A stretch of DNA of 64,000 nt, from the NCBI RefSeq assembly GCF_964355755.1, contig NC_092673.1, positions 5,890,001 through 5,954,000 of the forward strand, in the 5' to 3' direction. Shown here one piece after another: positions 24,849-37,690 of the stretch; the stretch's first letter is position 1; each line of letters starts with the position of its first letter. The DNA is from Antedon mediterranea (Eukaryota > Animalia > Echinodermata). The notes beneath the pieces are model-generated. The model made no database searches and had not been told where the DNA came from. It was given only the letters and a program-made list of their open reading frames with translations. The position numbers and the translations under genes are program-made.

Positions 24849-27715
24849 ATGCCCAAGATAAAGAAAAAATCAACTACGTTTCACGTCTACTACCGAAGAC
24901 ACCGAAGGACATGCAAAGTACGAAACCGGTTTGATAGCATTCATACAACAACAGTCCCACATAGAATACCCACGTTACCTTATAACTTGCCCTACCACAA
25001 TATACTCTAATTTGCTATACAGTATTACCCTGGAAGCGATATTTTTGGCGTACCTAATTTATGGACCACCATGAAACATCACAAAATAAACATGCATTAC
25101 TCATCAGTCATATGCATAGGTGTCACCCAGGCTTCAATCAGGTACACCCACTAGAGGGTGCGTGAGTGAATTATTTCAGATCACTTGGGTAATGATGACA
25201 ATTCAAAGATAAAATGTAATAAAGACAACGTTTACACAGCAGCTAGTGATGAACCAAAGAGTAATATCAAAGTGTATCAACTAAGATTAGATAGTAGTTG
25301 TGATGTTACAGGTCATGAAGTATTATTAATTGATGAGGAACAGACAAAAACGTCCAATGAAACAATTAAGAAGAATACACGACCTAGAAATGAATTTAAA
25401 CAATATGATATGAATGATGATAACAGTGTCGATATTAAAGATTCAACCAATGCATGCAAAATATCTGATGATGATACTAAAGACGTTGCGTCATTTAGGC
25501 CTAAGGAATACAAAACTACTGTATAGCACAGGGTAATTTTAATCAAGGGCATTCTTGGTTTGGCTATGCACGTGGTAAACAGTGTGTTGTAAATAGTTTG
25601 GTAGCTATTGTTTATTCAACAATGAGGCATGGAAATGAATTTTACAAAAATGATCTTGACACAATATTAACACTTGGAAATTAATTGTATTACTATATTC
25701 AAAAGGATTCGACTATGGATGAGGACCTATTAATGATATCTGAATTGCTGAAAGAATTGGATATTTTGGAACACATTTGTAATATCTCCCAAAGAATCAG
25801 TTTTTGGCATAATAGATGGGAATCTCGAATTAATGGCTGATTATGGAGCCTTGTCATTAAATCAAGCTCTTGAACAAGAATTACACCTGCGTGTTTTATG
25901 AATTTTAACAGAAGTACATTTGCTGTTATCAAACGTATAAATGGTTTCCTTATATTTGAACCACACACGAGAGATCGATTTGGTTGTGTTAGTGAACATG
26001 GAAAGAGTATTTTACTTTACAGTACATCTTGGCAAGGATTATATAGATATTGTACAAGATTAGCCAGATCAATGAACTGTAATTTACATGAAACAGAGTT
26101 TGAAATGACTGGTGTAAATGTTCAAAATAAATCTATGGTTTTATGCTCTGCTTCTGCTGGTATGTTTTGTGATAAATGTGAACATAATAATTCAAGAAAT
26201 GTCGATGTTGATGAACCTAGTACGTCTTATCAGTATAAACAAAAATTATAATGAATAATAATGAATTTGAAGTAAAGGACCAAATCCATTGTAATAAAAA
26301 TGATAATGTTTCAACGAGTAATACGGTAGATGTGAAACTGATGGCGATATTGAAATTGTTAATGTTCAGTATGGAGAAAGACCTGACAAGAATTTTAAAT
26401 ATGTTCCGATCTTAGATGCACAAAAGAAAATAATGTGTAATAAAGTAGACATTAAAAATATGAATGTACCGGTAGGAATTGTGGTATTAACAGAGCTAGT
26501 CATATTGGACATCCTTGTCAAATTAAGAATATTACAGGTGATGGTAATTGTTTTTATCGTGCAATTTCATACATTATTTCTGGGACTGAAGATAATCATT
26601 TAATTTTAAGAAAAGCAATTGGTAATCATTTATTGGAAACAAATGACTTGTTTAGTAATACATTAAGTGATGAATATAGGACAGTTAAGGAATATGTGAT
26701 TAAAAAGAGAGTAATGTATAATGGAACGTGGGCCTCTAATACTGAAATAAGTGCAATGGCAAACTTGCTTAACACAGATATTTATTCTTTCAATGATCAA
26801 CTTTTGATGTGGCAATTGTTTTCTGCAAAAAAGCCCGGAATAATAAATGATGTTACAACTGATAACGGTATATATACTGTATACTAGAAATGTACATTTC
26901 AATGTGGTGAAATCTGTCGATGTCAATTTAAATTATGTTCAGGAAACTATAAGAATTGAGGATAGTGATGATGTGGACATGTCAATAGAAACAAATTTAG
27001 ATCCCAGTGTTATAAAAACTAGTATTTCAATAACTGAAAATACACAAAAAAGAAAATAACTTGATGTACTTGGAGATGCTATAGGACCGAAACATAAACG
27101 TACTGAAAATAGTGGACGACTTCATTCCAATGAGAAAGTAAAGGTTTTAAGAAAGACTAAAAAAAGATCTGAAAAAAATTAAAGACAAAATAACAAAATA
27201 CGAATGAGGATGAAACGTTCAAATAAAAGTACACAGAATGTAGAAAACAAACAGAAAGTAAAGAAACATAATAAAGTGGATGCACTACGAAATAAATATC
27301 AAAATGATTCTGTATATAAAGAGAATAAGAAACGTAAAAGTTAAGGCACACAAAATAAGATATGTTAATGACGATTATAAATGTTATAAAAGAAAGGAAA
27401 ACAGAGAAAGACAAGAGAAAGCGTACAGATGTAAACCCAATTATAATCTCAAAATACGAAGTAACGCGAGACAAAATTACAAAATGAATTTGAATTACCG
27501 AACAACCAAGAAATCCAAAAGTGTTGAAAACTATAAAAAAAATGAAAAATTTAGCCAAGAATTAAGAAAAAAGGAAAAACAGATATCACAATGATTTAAT
27601 ATTTAGAGAAAACTTTAAACAAAAGAATCAACAAAACATGGCACAAAAGTATCGGAATAATTTACAATTCCGACAAAGACTAGCAGCAAAGTATCGAAAT
27701 AGTATTGGGAAAATT
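24849..27715 (+). mobile_element. Degraded Helitron/Helentron-like coding remnant: herpes-tegument (peptidase C76)-like domain, OTU domain and K/R-rich region; Rep/helicase missing
   Basis: QGNFNQGHSWFGYARGKQCVVNSLVAI at about 25529 followed by FLIFEPHTRDRFG; IKNITGDGNCFYRAIS at 26522, GTWASNTEISAMANLL and VHFNVV. There are several frameshifts. This domain pair is known from the N-terminal part of animal Helitron-class proteins. Confidence 0.65.
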
Positions 27716-27766
27716 CATAAGAATACATTTTTTTTTACTTCATTAGCTAGTACTTTGTTTTTGCAG

Positions 27767-28318
27767 ATAGTAGAATAATTGGGGAAATGGCAGAAAGTTA
27801 TATTGAAGAAAACATGTTCTTGGATCTGAAACAAAATCTCAGTAAACTCTATGACGGTGATAGATACTTATGGTTAAGGTTCTGTCTTTATGATCATCTG
27901 GATCTAGGAGACATCACCCAACCAGACAACAATGCACAGGACCTATTTAATGCACTAGAAATCAAAGGTTTCATCACTTCTACTAACGTGAAACTTCTCC
28001 TGGAGGTGACTAAATTAACAGAATATAAGAGTGCTGTAGATCTTGTGATTCAGTATATGAAAGACATTCAGCAAAATACGGATACGGTACAATTGTCACC
28101 ATTCCGTACAAAACTATTTAAGTCATTGAAACAAATTGACCCAAATGCATTCAATAATGTCATTTCTTGCTATGATCTAAAAAAGTTTGATTTAAAAAAA
28201 ATCTGGAACATAGTACTTCATCTGGAAATGAATGGACAGTTAGCAGATGAACCAGGTTTAATAAACAGGTTCGCTAGTTACCTTGGACAACGGTCACAGA
28301 ACATATTGCTAAATAGAG
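27767..28318 (+). CDS. Gene 2 exon: divergent tandem DED pair (type A)
   Basis: FLDLKQNLSKLY..LWLRFCLYDHL..AQDLFNALEIKGFIT..NVKLLLEV resembles FADD and caspase-8 DED1. QLSPFRTKLF..IWNIVLHLEMNG resembles the start of caspase-8 DED2 (QISAYRVML). Confidence 0.7.
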
Positions 28319-31300
28319 GTACGTATAAATAGCTATCTATGTATAGTGTATTTCTAATTAAAATGAATGAAGTAATATTTTCATAACCAGACAATTGGGG
28401 CATCTAGTCAAAATTTGAACAGGGGAAGCATAACTATGCTTCTATATCAGTCCCCTGTTTTTGTAATTCCTGGATTTTCCCCTGAAAAGCTCTAGAATAA
28501 TTGGCATTTATGTGAATCAATTTCAAATGATTTTTAGGCTATTAAACAGTATATTATAACACTAACCCAAAATTATAGTATGCTCTATCAAAATCGTATG
28601 AAAGACTTGTGCTTGTGCACAATTCTCTTTTAGCCATTTTGATGTTGTTCTGTTTCTTTGCGACAGCATGATGGTCAGCCATTTAAAAAATATCTGTCTG
28701 CTATTTTTAATGAAAAACTGTCATTAAATTATATTCCACATGAATTGATTTTTGTATTATTTAAAAAAAATGTATTATATTATATATTTATTTTGAAAGG
28801 TGTAGCACTTCCTGTCACTATCAATTCAAACTGTAAACTGGACAGGCTTACTGATTGTCTGAAATCTCTCGAACAACAGAACAAGTTGAACCAAAGTTTA
28901 CCACCATCCATCAAAGTCAACGGATTAGGAATCAACGATTCAAAAGCATCAATATTTTTTCGTATGTGCACAAAAAATCGAAAAGCTGTAAAGGACTTAA
29001 TGGACATGCATGTGGAGGGCGTGCTCATCCAGGGTTTAGCAGATATTTTAGAACCAGAAAATCGACAGAAGTTTTTTGAAGACTGGACGACTGACATTGT
29101 GCTAAATGAATTCATAGCTGCTTTAAGAAAACTAGGTAAAGGTACAATAAAATAAATTGCTTGATTACTTGCTTGATAATGTTGGGCCGTTGAAAAGCTT
29201 TCAGCTTATGTGACCCATCGCATGTCATATATATAAGTTGTGTCAGTTGACTGTGTATGTAAATGTATTGGAAGGAATGCTGGTCCAATAATCATTAAGA
29301 AGAGTTTTTAAAATATTCAACGTTGAAGCATTGACCACCTCAAATTGGAGGCTATTCCAAGAGTCTATGACCCTACCTGCAAAATAATATTTCTTAACAT
29401 CCAGCCAAGATTTAATTTTATGCAGTTTGTAGTTTTTTGCTCTGGTTGGTGATGGGTTAAACTGAAAAAAAGAAGAAAACTATAACAATTATACAATATA
29501 TTTATGTTTTGTTTAATCTGAAGTTTTTAAAAAGCTTTAACTTTAAATGACATATAATTGTTGTCCCATTCTCCTGAAAATAAAAAAGGTTTCATGAAAT
29601 GGAGAAAATTTATCTTACAGATGCCCTTTCTTCAAGCACTGAAAAGGAAAGCTGTGATGGTAATATGTATTTTCATGTTTATTTAAATTAGAAGCAGTAA
29701 AAATGATATTACTTTTACTTTTTTTGGTACAAAAGTGAGCATTTTGATGCAGTTAAAAAAAGTTTTATATTTGTTAAACAAAGACCAAGTGCTACAAAAC
29801 TAAATCTGACCATGCTTGGGGACATCTGAATATACATTTTTCTAAACTGAGATACTGTACCTTACAATTCTCTGACATATTCCTTGAGAATGGTTTGCAA
29901 GATGTTGCTGTGAAGTTAGGATATCTTTGAAGTTTGGACTTATGAAAGATCCCGAAAAATAAATTGCACTCCTGCATTAACACTACTTCACTTTCTATGC
30001 TTTTTCGGCATAGATATAGGATGTGGGAACACCCTTCATTACCTCTTAAATTGTTCTAGATCCAACTGCATCTCATTTTGAACATTTAGCCTTTGCAATT
30101 AACTTGATTTGATCAAGGAATTGTCTATCCAATTAATTTATATTCATGAACTACTGTTCAAACATTTTAAACCTATATATGTAACTATTATTAGGCCCCT
30201 AACCGTAAAATATCAAATTAAACTTGTTTCTGCATTTTCATTTTCTAGTGTTTCGTTCAATTCAACTTGAACCTTTATTCTTTCAATTGAACAAGAAAAT
30301 GAAGATAAACAATGAATAATGAAAAAATTGAAAATACAAATACTAAAAAAGTAAACAACAGTTAGAACAGGAAAATTCTATTATTCTAACTGAAACTTTT
30401 AGTAGGCTACTTGCCTAAATATTAGATTTTGATATATGGAAGAAACTTAAAATATAGTTCATTACATAATTTGGGACCATTTAAGGTGAGTTTGGGTTTT
30501 ATAGGATGTAAATAATCATATGCAGTGGATATCAGACGAGGGTGAAACAAGAAGGATGACTTCATAACAACATAATTTATAGAAATAAAAAATTACATAA
30601 ATTGTACTTCATTTTTAAATTTAAGGTGTGCAGTTAGTAGTAACTCTTGTTAAGGATGAAAAGTCTTCTTCAGTCACTGACAGTGAGCAACCATATGCAT
30701 TGGAACTTCTTTTCAAACTAATGGAAAAACAGAAAGAGTGGAGTACAACAGCTGTGGCTGAAGTTCATAAAACAATAGAATGTCTAACTGATTATTTTAA
30801 AAGAAAAAATCTACAATTCCAGAAAGTTGAAACAGGAAGTATAGTGTTTCATTTTGTGTCACATGATTCTGAAGCACTGGCAGAGCTATGGAAAATGTAT
30901 TGCAATGAAAGTCTTCACATGAAGTTAGCATCAATATTAGGAACAGATGACCACCAAAAACAGCAGTTGCTTGATATTACAATTCATGAAGAAGACTACA
31001 AAAATGCAATGATAAAACTTGGAGAATTTAGTAAGGAATTATTATTCTAACTTGATACTGATAGGAATAATGTACAGTACTGTATAAAAACATGTATAAA
31101 ATCTGTACCTATCAATAATCACCTATTCGTTTATTATTAATATAAAATTTATTGACAAGAAGAGAGATCGACGTTTCGGTACCATCATAGAACCATTTTC
31201 AAGATCAAGTGAATACAAAACAATAATAATTATGTGCACTAAGCACCAAAGTTGGTGACAGGAAATGCTACTGAGAGCTAATTAAGCAATTAGCTCCTCC

Positions 31301-34300
31301 TACTGAGTTTGTTAGATAAACAATTTAGCTTTGATGGAATCTGTTTATTGAGTGTAGGTTTTAACACAAGTATGGATTGCTTGAAAACTTTAACAATATA
31401 ACTAATAAGATCTAAAGGATAATTCAACTTTTGAAAAACCTTTGTTACATTATCAACCTCTGATAGGAAAATGTCATATGTAGATAACAATTTGTAGGCC
31501 ATATTAAGCATTGTGTGAATTAGATTCAATAAACAAGCTAAATTGTTTATCTAACAAACTCAGTAGGAGGAGCTAATTACTTAATTAGCTCTCAGTAGCA
31601 TTTCCTGTCACCAAATTTGGTGCTTAGTGCACATAATTATTATTGTTTTGTATTCACTTGATCTTGAAAATGGTTCTATGATGGTACCAAAACGTTGATC
31701 TCTCTTTTTGTCAATAAATTTTATATTGAAATTATATAGTAAACGTCTTTTAATTCGTTTATTATCCTTTCTTTAAAATCTTGTGTGGGTTCACTATATG
31801 TATATAATATCCCACTAAGCTTTTCAAAGCAACCAGATATGAAACAGATAATGAAACTACCTTTTTCACATCTGGAAAATGTAACAACTTGTTTGCTTAG
31901 TGTGAATACAATGTTACAATTTACAACTTGTTACAACTTGTAACAATTTATGCAGATGTGAAAAGGGTATAAGATAAGTTTTGTTTTCTTTGACTGGCTA
32001 AATTTGTTTATCTTAACATCCTAGACAAATTCTAACCGCAATTTTGAATAAACTCACTGAAAGTTATAAAAAGTGACGCTTCTGATACAGGCACACTAAA
32101 AAAATGTGTACTGTATTCCACCCAATACTCTTAGAAAACACTATTCAACAAATATGATGGGTATAGTATTAGAGTTTATCAGGGAGAGTAACAATATTTA
32201 GTATATGATCCTTTATTTCTAATACAGTAGATAAACCTTTAGATTTTTTATTTTTATCTTTTTAGATCAAGCTGATCAAACAAGAACTACTAATCCGTCA
32301 ATAGTGCCACTTGATCCCGACACAAAGGTAAATATCAAAGATTGTCAGACTGACAGACAAGCTACAACTAGTAGGCCTACTATTGTATCAACAGTACCAC
32401 CGAACCTGGACACAAAGGTAAATATCAAAGATTGTCAGACTGACAGACAAGCTACAACAAGTACTACTGCATCAACAGTACCACCGAACCTGGACACAAA
32501 GGTAAATATTAAAGAGGGACAAACAATAATCTATGTATAAATTATGCATATTTTGAAGGCTGGCCGGCACAATGCAAATCCTATTCCAAACCAAATAAAA
32601 CATAAATGATCACAAACTGAAACAACTAACTATTATTTTATTGATGTCACAATAATTGTGGAAAAACAGGTTGTTCTGATCAAAGTTTTACCACTTTGAT
32701 ATTTGTAAAAAATAATGAGAATACCTAATAGAACATAGGACTACACAAAAAACAATTCAAGGAATGCTAAAAAATACTTAAAAAACCAAAATATCCAATT
32801 TATTAGTAATACAATGGGTAAAAAATTCCATTAATATAACCAAGCAAATTAAATGAACTTTATCAACAATCTAGACAAAATTATCTTCCACACAAAATAG
32901 AGCATTCAGAATTTAATTATGATTGACACAAAGTATATTTTCAATCTCTCTAGAACTTCATTGTTTAAAGTAGACCATTACTATCAAAACTTACCAGCAT
33001 ACAACATTTAATGGTATAGGTAGAATTGGTCAAGGATCATTTAAACATACAAAATATCTGTTATAAATACATTATCTATGTAAATGTATTACTTTTTTAT
33101 TGGTTGTCTTTAAATCCTATAATGCATCATTCATTGATAGGCCTACTAACATTAAAAATAAATTGTAGAAAAATAATAACATATTGTTTATGATTTTCTA
33201 GAAAATAACCCCGAAAGAGGAATTTGTAGAGTGCCTTGAATGTTTAAGTGATCGATATAAAGGTGACAAACATTTGTGGTTAAGACTTCTGTTACATAAC
33301 CACTGTTCTGGACAGGCATTAAGTAAAGAAGATGTCCCAGCACTTGAATGGTTTAATGAACTTGAAAGGACAGGTTGTATTAATTACAACCCTACTGATG
33401 TAGAAATTCTGTTAGACATTGCTAAAGTAACTGAAGAGAAGAAAGCGATAGATTTAATAGAACAGTTTAAAGTGAAGCATCCTAACAACAATGAAGAGTA
33501 CAACTTTACCGAGGGAAAACCAATCACAGAATATCGCAAACGACTGTTTGCAGCTTTAAGAGAAAATACAACAAGTGTATCAACCATGCTTGCACACTAT
33601 AGCCTAGGTCATCTCAAGGTTAACAACATTTGGGATTTTGTATTCATCCTGGAGAGGGATACACTTCTGGTGGATGAAAGGAGTTCAATGGAACACTTTG
33701 CAAAGCTTCTCGATAAAAAAGCTAGTGACATTTTTTTGGAGAAAGAAAGTAAGAAATTGAAAATGAGACTTGGCCCACTTAGTAATAAATCTGGAAACGA
33801 GGAAGAGAACAAGATTATGAGAGAGGGCAGGGAACAACTCTCTGGAGAGGGTAAGTAAAATATTTTAGAAACAAACTTATAAATAACATAGCTCCATTGT
33901 TTGTAGAGTATGATTCAGGTAAATTTGACTATTTAAAAAATATTCCCATACATATGATTTGCTTTGAATATTTGCATTGGACTTCTTTGAGTAAATTTTA
34001 CTTGGTAAAATTAACTGTATAGTTTGGGTATTGTCGACTGAAAAATTCCAGTGGGTATTGGGAGCCGAGTATCTACTTTGAAAATTCAAATCCACATTAC
34101 AAAACAAAATATCTGATTAATTATATCTTGTAAAGTTGTATAGTTTTATTTGTATTTAGAGCAAACTGACAGACGAGCTACAAGTGCTACTGCATCATTA
34201 GAACCACTTTACTCTAAAACAAAGGTATATAGTAATTAGTTTACAAACTTAAAGGTTTCTATTGTATTACCATACCAAACAAAAATTGTAATTAATGTAA

Positions 34301-36269
34301 TTATGTTTTGTAGGTGTCTGCTAAAACAATGTTGCAGTTCATAGATGAAAATGGTCTTGAGTGCTCAATCTGTCAACAAAGATTCACAAATCCAAAAACA
34401 CTCAGGTGTCTTCATACTTACTGTCTTAACTGCCTGCAATATTTGATCAGACAACATGGTAAGATACGATGTAGAAAATGCCCTCAGATGTATCGACTAA
34501 AAGATGATGACTTGAAACATCTGAAGTGCAATGAAAAGATAAGTTATCTAGTTGAATATGTTGAGAAGATTGAATCTAAAAAAACAGAAATCTGTTCAAG
34601 TTGTACTAATCAACCGAAATACTATTGTTTTAAGTATGAAAAGTATTTGTGTGGGCAATGTATCCAACAGTATAAGAATATGCCTGCACTGAATTCACTG
34701 TACAAACTAGATACAAATGTAGAACATGTGGTAATCCCAATGCAGACACCTAATCAAACTAAGAGAGCTAAAAGCATTAAAAACAAACTAAAGGAAAAGT
34801 TAGATGTTATCACTAAAGACAGATCAGAGCTTGAATCTAATTTCAAGTTAAGCAGAACAGAGATTGAAATCCATGAGAGTACAATTATCAGAAAAGTGAA
34901 GGAGGAGTCTAAGGTAATGATGGCAAATCTTACACAGATTTATGAAGAACAAAGTAAATTTATTGATAATCAAATTGAACATTTGGAATCAAAGCTGACA
35001 CAAGTGAACACACTGACAGACAATAAAATGATGAGTAAACTACCATTATACCAGACAGCAGATGAAATGGAAAAATCACTTAAAACAAAAATTACACCAA
35101 AGTTCATTCCATCTCAAAAGCTGGTTGAGTTAATAACTCATGAAGGTGTTGGTAAACTTATCACTGTTGGTGATGTGCACAAGGTTAATGAAGAAGATGA
35201 GAACATTTCAGTCATAAAAGAGCAGCCATTTAGTGTGAGAGTATCAAGTCTAGCAGAGAGTGATGTTGGTCAACTAACAGCCACACTAAGCAACTCATCA
35301 GGTGATAAATCAATCACTGAAGTAACACACAGAAAAGGAGAGTACACAATAACAGGTAGATGTAATTTGGAAGGAGATTGGCAAATGGATATCATTTATG
35401 GAGATATGTCACATGTCATAGGTTCACCAGTGAGTATCAAGGTGGAACCCTTTGGACTTGTTCACACTATAGATAATTTTACAAAGAATAAATATACAAA
35501 ATTAGGTATTGTGACAGATGTAGCAGTAGATTCCGATGGGTTTATGTTAGTGTCAGACACATATGTTAACAAATTTGATCCATCAGGTAATTTTGATTCT
35601 AGGATACAAATACCACAAAATGTAAAAGTCAATCAGATGCCTAAAAAAGTCAATCGCATGCATCAAATAGGCAATGGTCACATGGTTTATAGTTGTAATT
35701 CAGACAAATGTGTTGTGATGTGTGATAATCAATATCATGAAATCCGAACTTTTGGTAAAGGAGTATTAAAATATCCAAATGGCTTAACAGTAAACCAAAA
35801 GACAAGGATTCTTTATGTAGCAGATTGTGAATGTCACTGTGTGTTTAAATTCAATATTGATGACGGTAGTCTACTGGGTAAGATAGGTTCTGAAGGTCGA
35901 GTAGGTCCATCAGATGTTACTTTAACAAAAGAAGGTCATGTAATTGTTGCTGATTGTAACAATCACAGAATACAAATATTAGATAGTAATGATAATCTGA
36001 TAAAAAATCTTGTAGGCTATGGTAAAAAAAAAAAAATACAAAACTTCCATGCTCCTCAAGGTATAACCACAGATAAGGATGGGAATATAATAGTATCCAG
36101 TATAAATAAACTACAACTATTTGATAAAAATGGTAAATTCATTAAACGAATAGATAAGGAAGATGATGGTTTGGCTATTCCATTAGGGATTGCTGTAATC
36201 TCAAAAAGACCACGAAGAGTAGCAGTGGCAAACCATTCAGCAAATAATTTCAAAATATTTAATTATTAA
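27787..36269 (+). CDS. Gene 2: DED-DED / TRADD-N-like x2 / linker / DED-DED / linker / RING-type TRIM-NHL protein, about 1334 aa, 7 coding exons
   Basis: Exons are 27767-28318 (ATG at 27787), 28800-29135, 30626-31030, 32266-32327, 33202-33850, 34160-34224 and 34314-36269. All are bounded by AG/GT with compatible phases 1,1,1,0,1,0, and the total from the ATG is 4005 nt in frame. The C3HC4 RING is intact (CSIC..CLHTYCLNC..CRKC). Confidence 0.7.
28800..29135 (+). CDS. Gene 2 exon: putative TRADD-N-like domain 1 (phase 1-1)
   Basis: Bounded by aag|GT and G|gtaaag. The sequence ASIFFRMCTKNRKAVKDLMDMHVEGVLIQGLADIL parallels the next exon. Confidence 0.5.
30626..31030 (+). CDS. Gene 2 exon: putative TRADD-N-like domain 2 (phase 1-1)
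   Basis: Bounded by ttaag|GT and A|gtaagg. VETGSIVFHFVSHDSEALAELWKMYCNESLHMKLASIL..LDITIHEEDY fits the recalled GS-strand-ALxxLW pattern of TRADD-N-like domains. Confidence 0.6.
31139..31727. mobile_element. Penelope-like fragment flanked by 193-bp inverted repeats, in intron 3 of gene 2
   Basis: The arms 31139-31331 and 31535-31727 are near-perfect reverse complements. The spacer on the minus strand encodes NLIHTMLNMAYKLLST..EV..VFQKLNYP, typical of the Penelope RT C-terminus. Confidence 0.7.
31858..31969. mobile_element. Small MITE-like element
   Basis: The ends tacctttttcacatctg and cagatgtgaaaagggta are inverted, with TA at both boundaries. Confidence 0.5.
32266..32510 (+). repeat. Tandemly triplicated linker exon with three in-frame splice donors
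   Basis: GACACAAAG|gtaaatat occurs three times, with exon ends at 32327, 32417 and 32501 (spacings of 90 and 84 nt) and no stop codon between them. Confidence 0.85.
33202..33850 (+). CDS. Gene 2 exon: tandem DED pair (type B, paralogous to the first exon of genes 1, 4 and 5)
   Basis: Starts ttctag|AAA ATA ACC (phase 0, with ATA where the paralogues have ATG) and ends G|gtaagt. Confidence 0.75.
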
Positions 36270-36532
36270 GTTAATTATTAAATAATTGAAAAAATGTAAA
36301 GAATTAAATCTTCCTTTAATATATGCCATCAAATAAATGTTAGTGAAAATGATCAACAAAGCAAAAATCATCTAACCTGCAGTGTACATTGAATATCAAT
36401 TGTATTTTTTTAAGTCTTCTAAATAGTATAGAACATTTTTATAACACTGAATTGTATTCTTGCCATTTCCGATTACTGATGCCATGCATTATTTTCTTTT
36501 GTATGATATTTTTAGTGTAGGTAAATAATTAA

Positions 36533-37158
36533 AGCCCCATTCCCTACGTTTTTTAGATTTAATTTAAGATCACAAACTATATTTAATGTAAAAATAATAC
36601 TATATGGTCCTATTGCGATAACTTTTTTCGTCTTTAAACGGTTAAAAATGTGAAAAATAAATCGATTCTAATAATTATAGCGGCCCGCTATAAATCCCAA
36701 AATGCATTGCGCGCGGATTGATATTTTTGTTTTTCACCTGTAATTCGCCCACTTTTCGATCGATCGTGAAGCCAAAACAAATGGAAGACTCCTAACTTTT
36801 CAGCGAAAATACTGGGTTTTCCCCAATTTGTATCAACGGAGTCTGGCAAAAATAGAAAGACAATTAATGCAGCAACTATACAACGTCAGGCTAGGTATAT
36901 AGCTAGCGTACGATGTTCGTACGTTATCGATGTTTACCAGCTAGGCCTACAAAACTAAGCCTAGCTAGGCTAGGCCTAAGACCGTCCACGAGAAGTCGAT
37001 CACCGCGAGCTACTTAGGTAGTGCATTGTTTCTCACTTTTTATCATAATTTACCATAAAACGTACATTTAAGACAAGGAATGACATGGTTTAATGTTTTT
37101 AAAGTGATATATATGTATTATTTTCCAAAAAACGTCCAAAATTGCAGGGAAGGGGTCT
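36533..37158. mobile_element. Non-autonomous Kolobok-like DNA transposon
   Basis: TTAA flanks both sides (36529-32 and 37159-62). The imperfect TIRs are agccccattccctac and gcagggaaggggtct. Confidence 0.6.
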
Positions 37159-37690
37159 TTAATTGTTTACGGATGTTTTACATATTAGACTACCCCTTTT
37201 ACACCGCCAGCAAAAATGCGGAATTGTGTAACCTGGGTCAGACTTGGGACATGTAGGCCGGTGTAAACTACGTAAAAAGTTACCTGGGTCACTGAACTAA
37301 AGAAGTGATGCCATTGACTATGGTGATGCAGAATGTATTCAGCGCAGAGAGATGTTAATAAGTTGAAGGCTAGAGGGCGTACTCCTGACTGGAAATAGAT
37401 TCCAACAGGCGCTAATGCAGTTTCGTACCCACCCCTTAAAATTACTCAAAATTGTTTCAATACTTCATCCCACGAGTTGTCTACAACATTCTGCAAACAT
37501 AATATTGTAAAAAATTGATAATTTTAAACTATTTTTAATCAATTCATAATTGAATACCCTTCAAAAATCCATCGCCAGCTTAGCTTCGTAAAAATCATCG
37601 CTAGGCCTGCCATTAAAAGTATGGAGGCCTCAAAGGACAACAGAATGTTCTCTATATGATCTATAGAGGACGCTGTTATGGTCATGTTAT

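Noticed and set aside
24849-24917. Helitron first exon splicing in frame into the DED-A exon of gene 2
   Set aside because: The candidate donor is phase 0, while the DED-A acceptor at 27767 needs phase 1.
27747-27751. CTAG|T as a Helitron 3' terminus
   Set aside because: There is no GC-rich subterminal hairpin upstream, and the motif is too short to be significant.
29830-30130. Minus-strand coding-like stretch in intron 2 of gene 2
   Set aside because: It has multiple stops and no recognisable motif.
34314-36269. Assigning a symbol such as TRIM71, TRIM2/3 or TRIM56
   Set aside because: The domain order is shared, but these are divergent, locally expanded paralogues and orthology cannot be established by eye.
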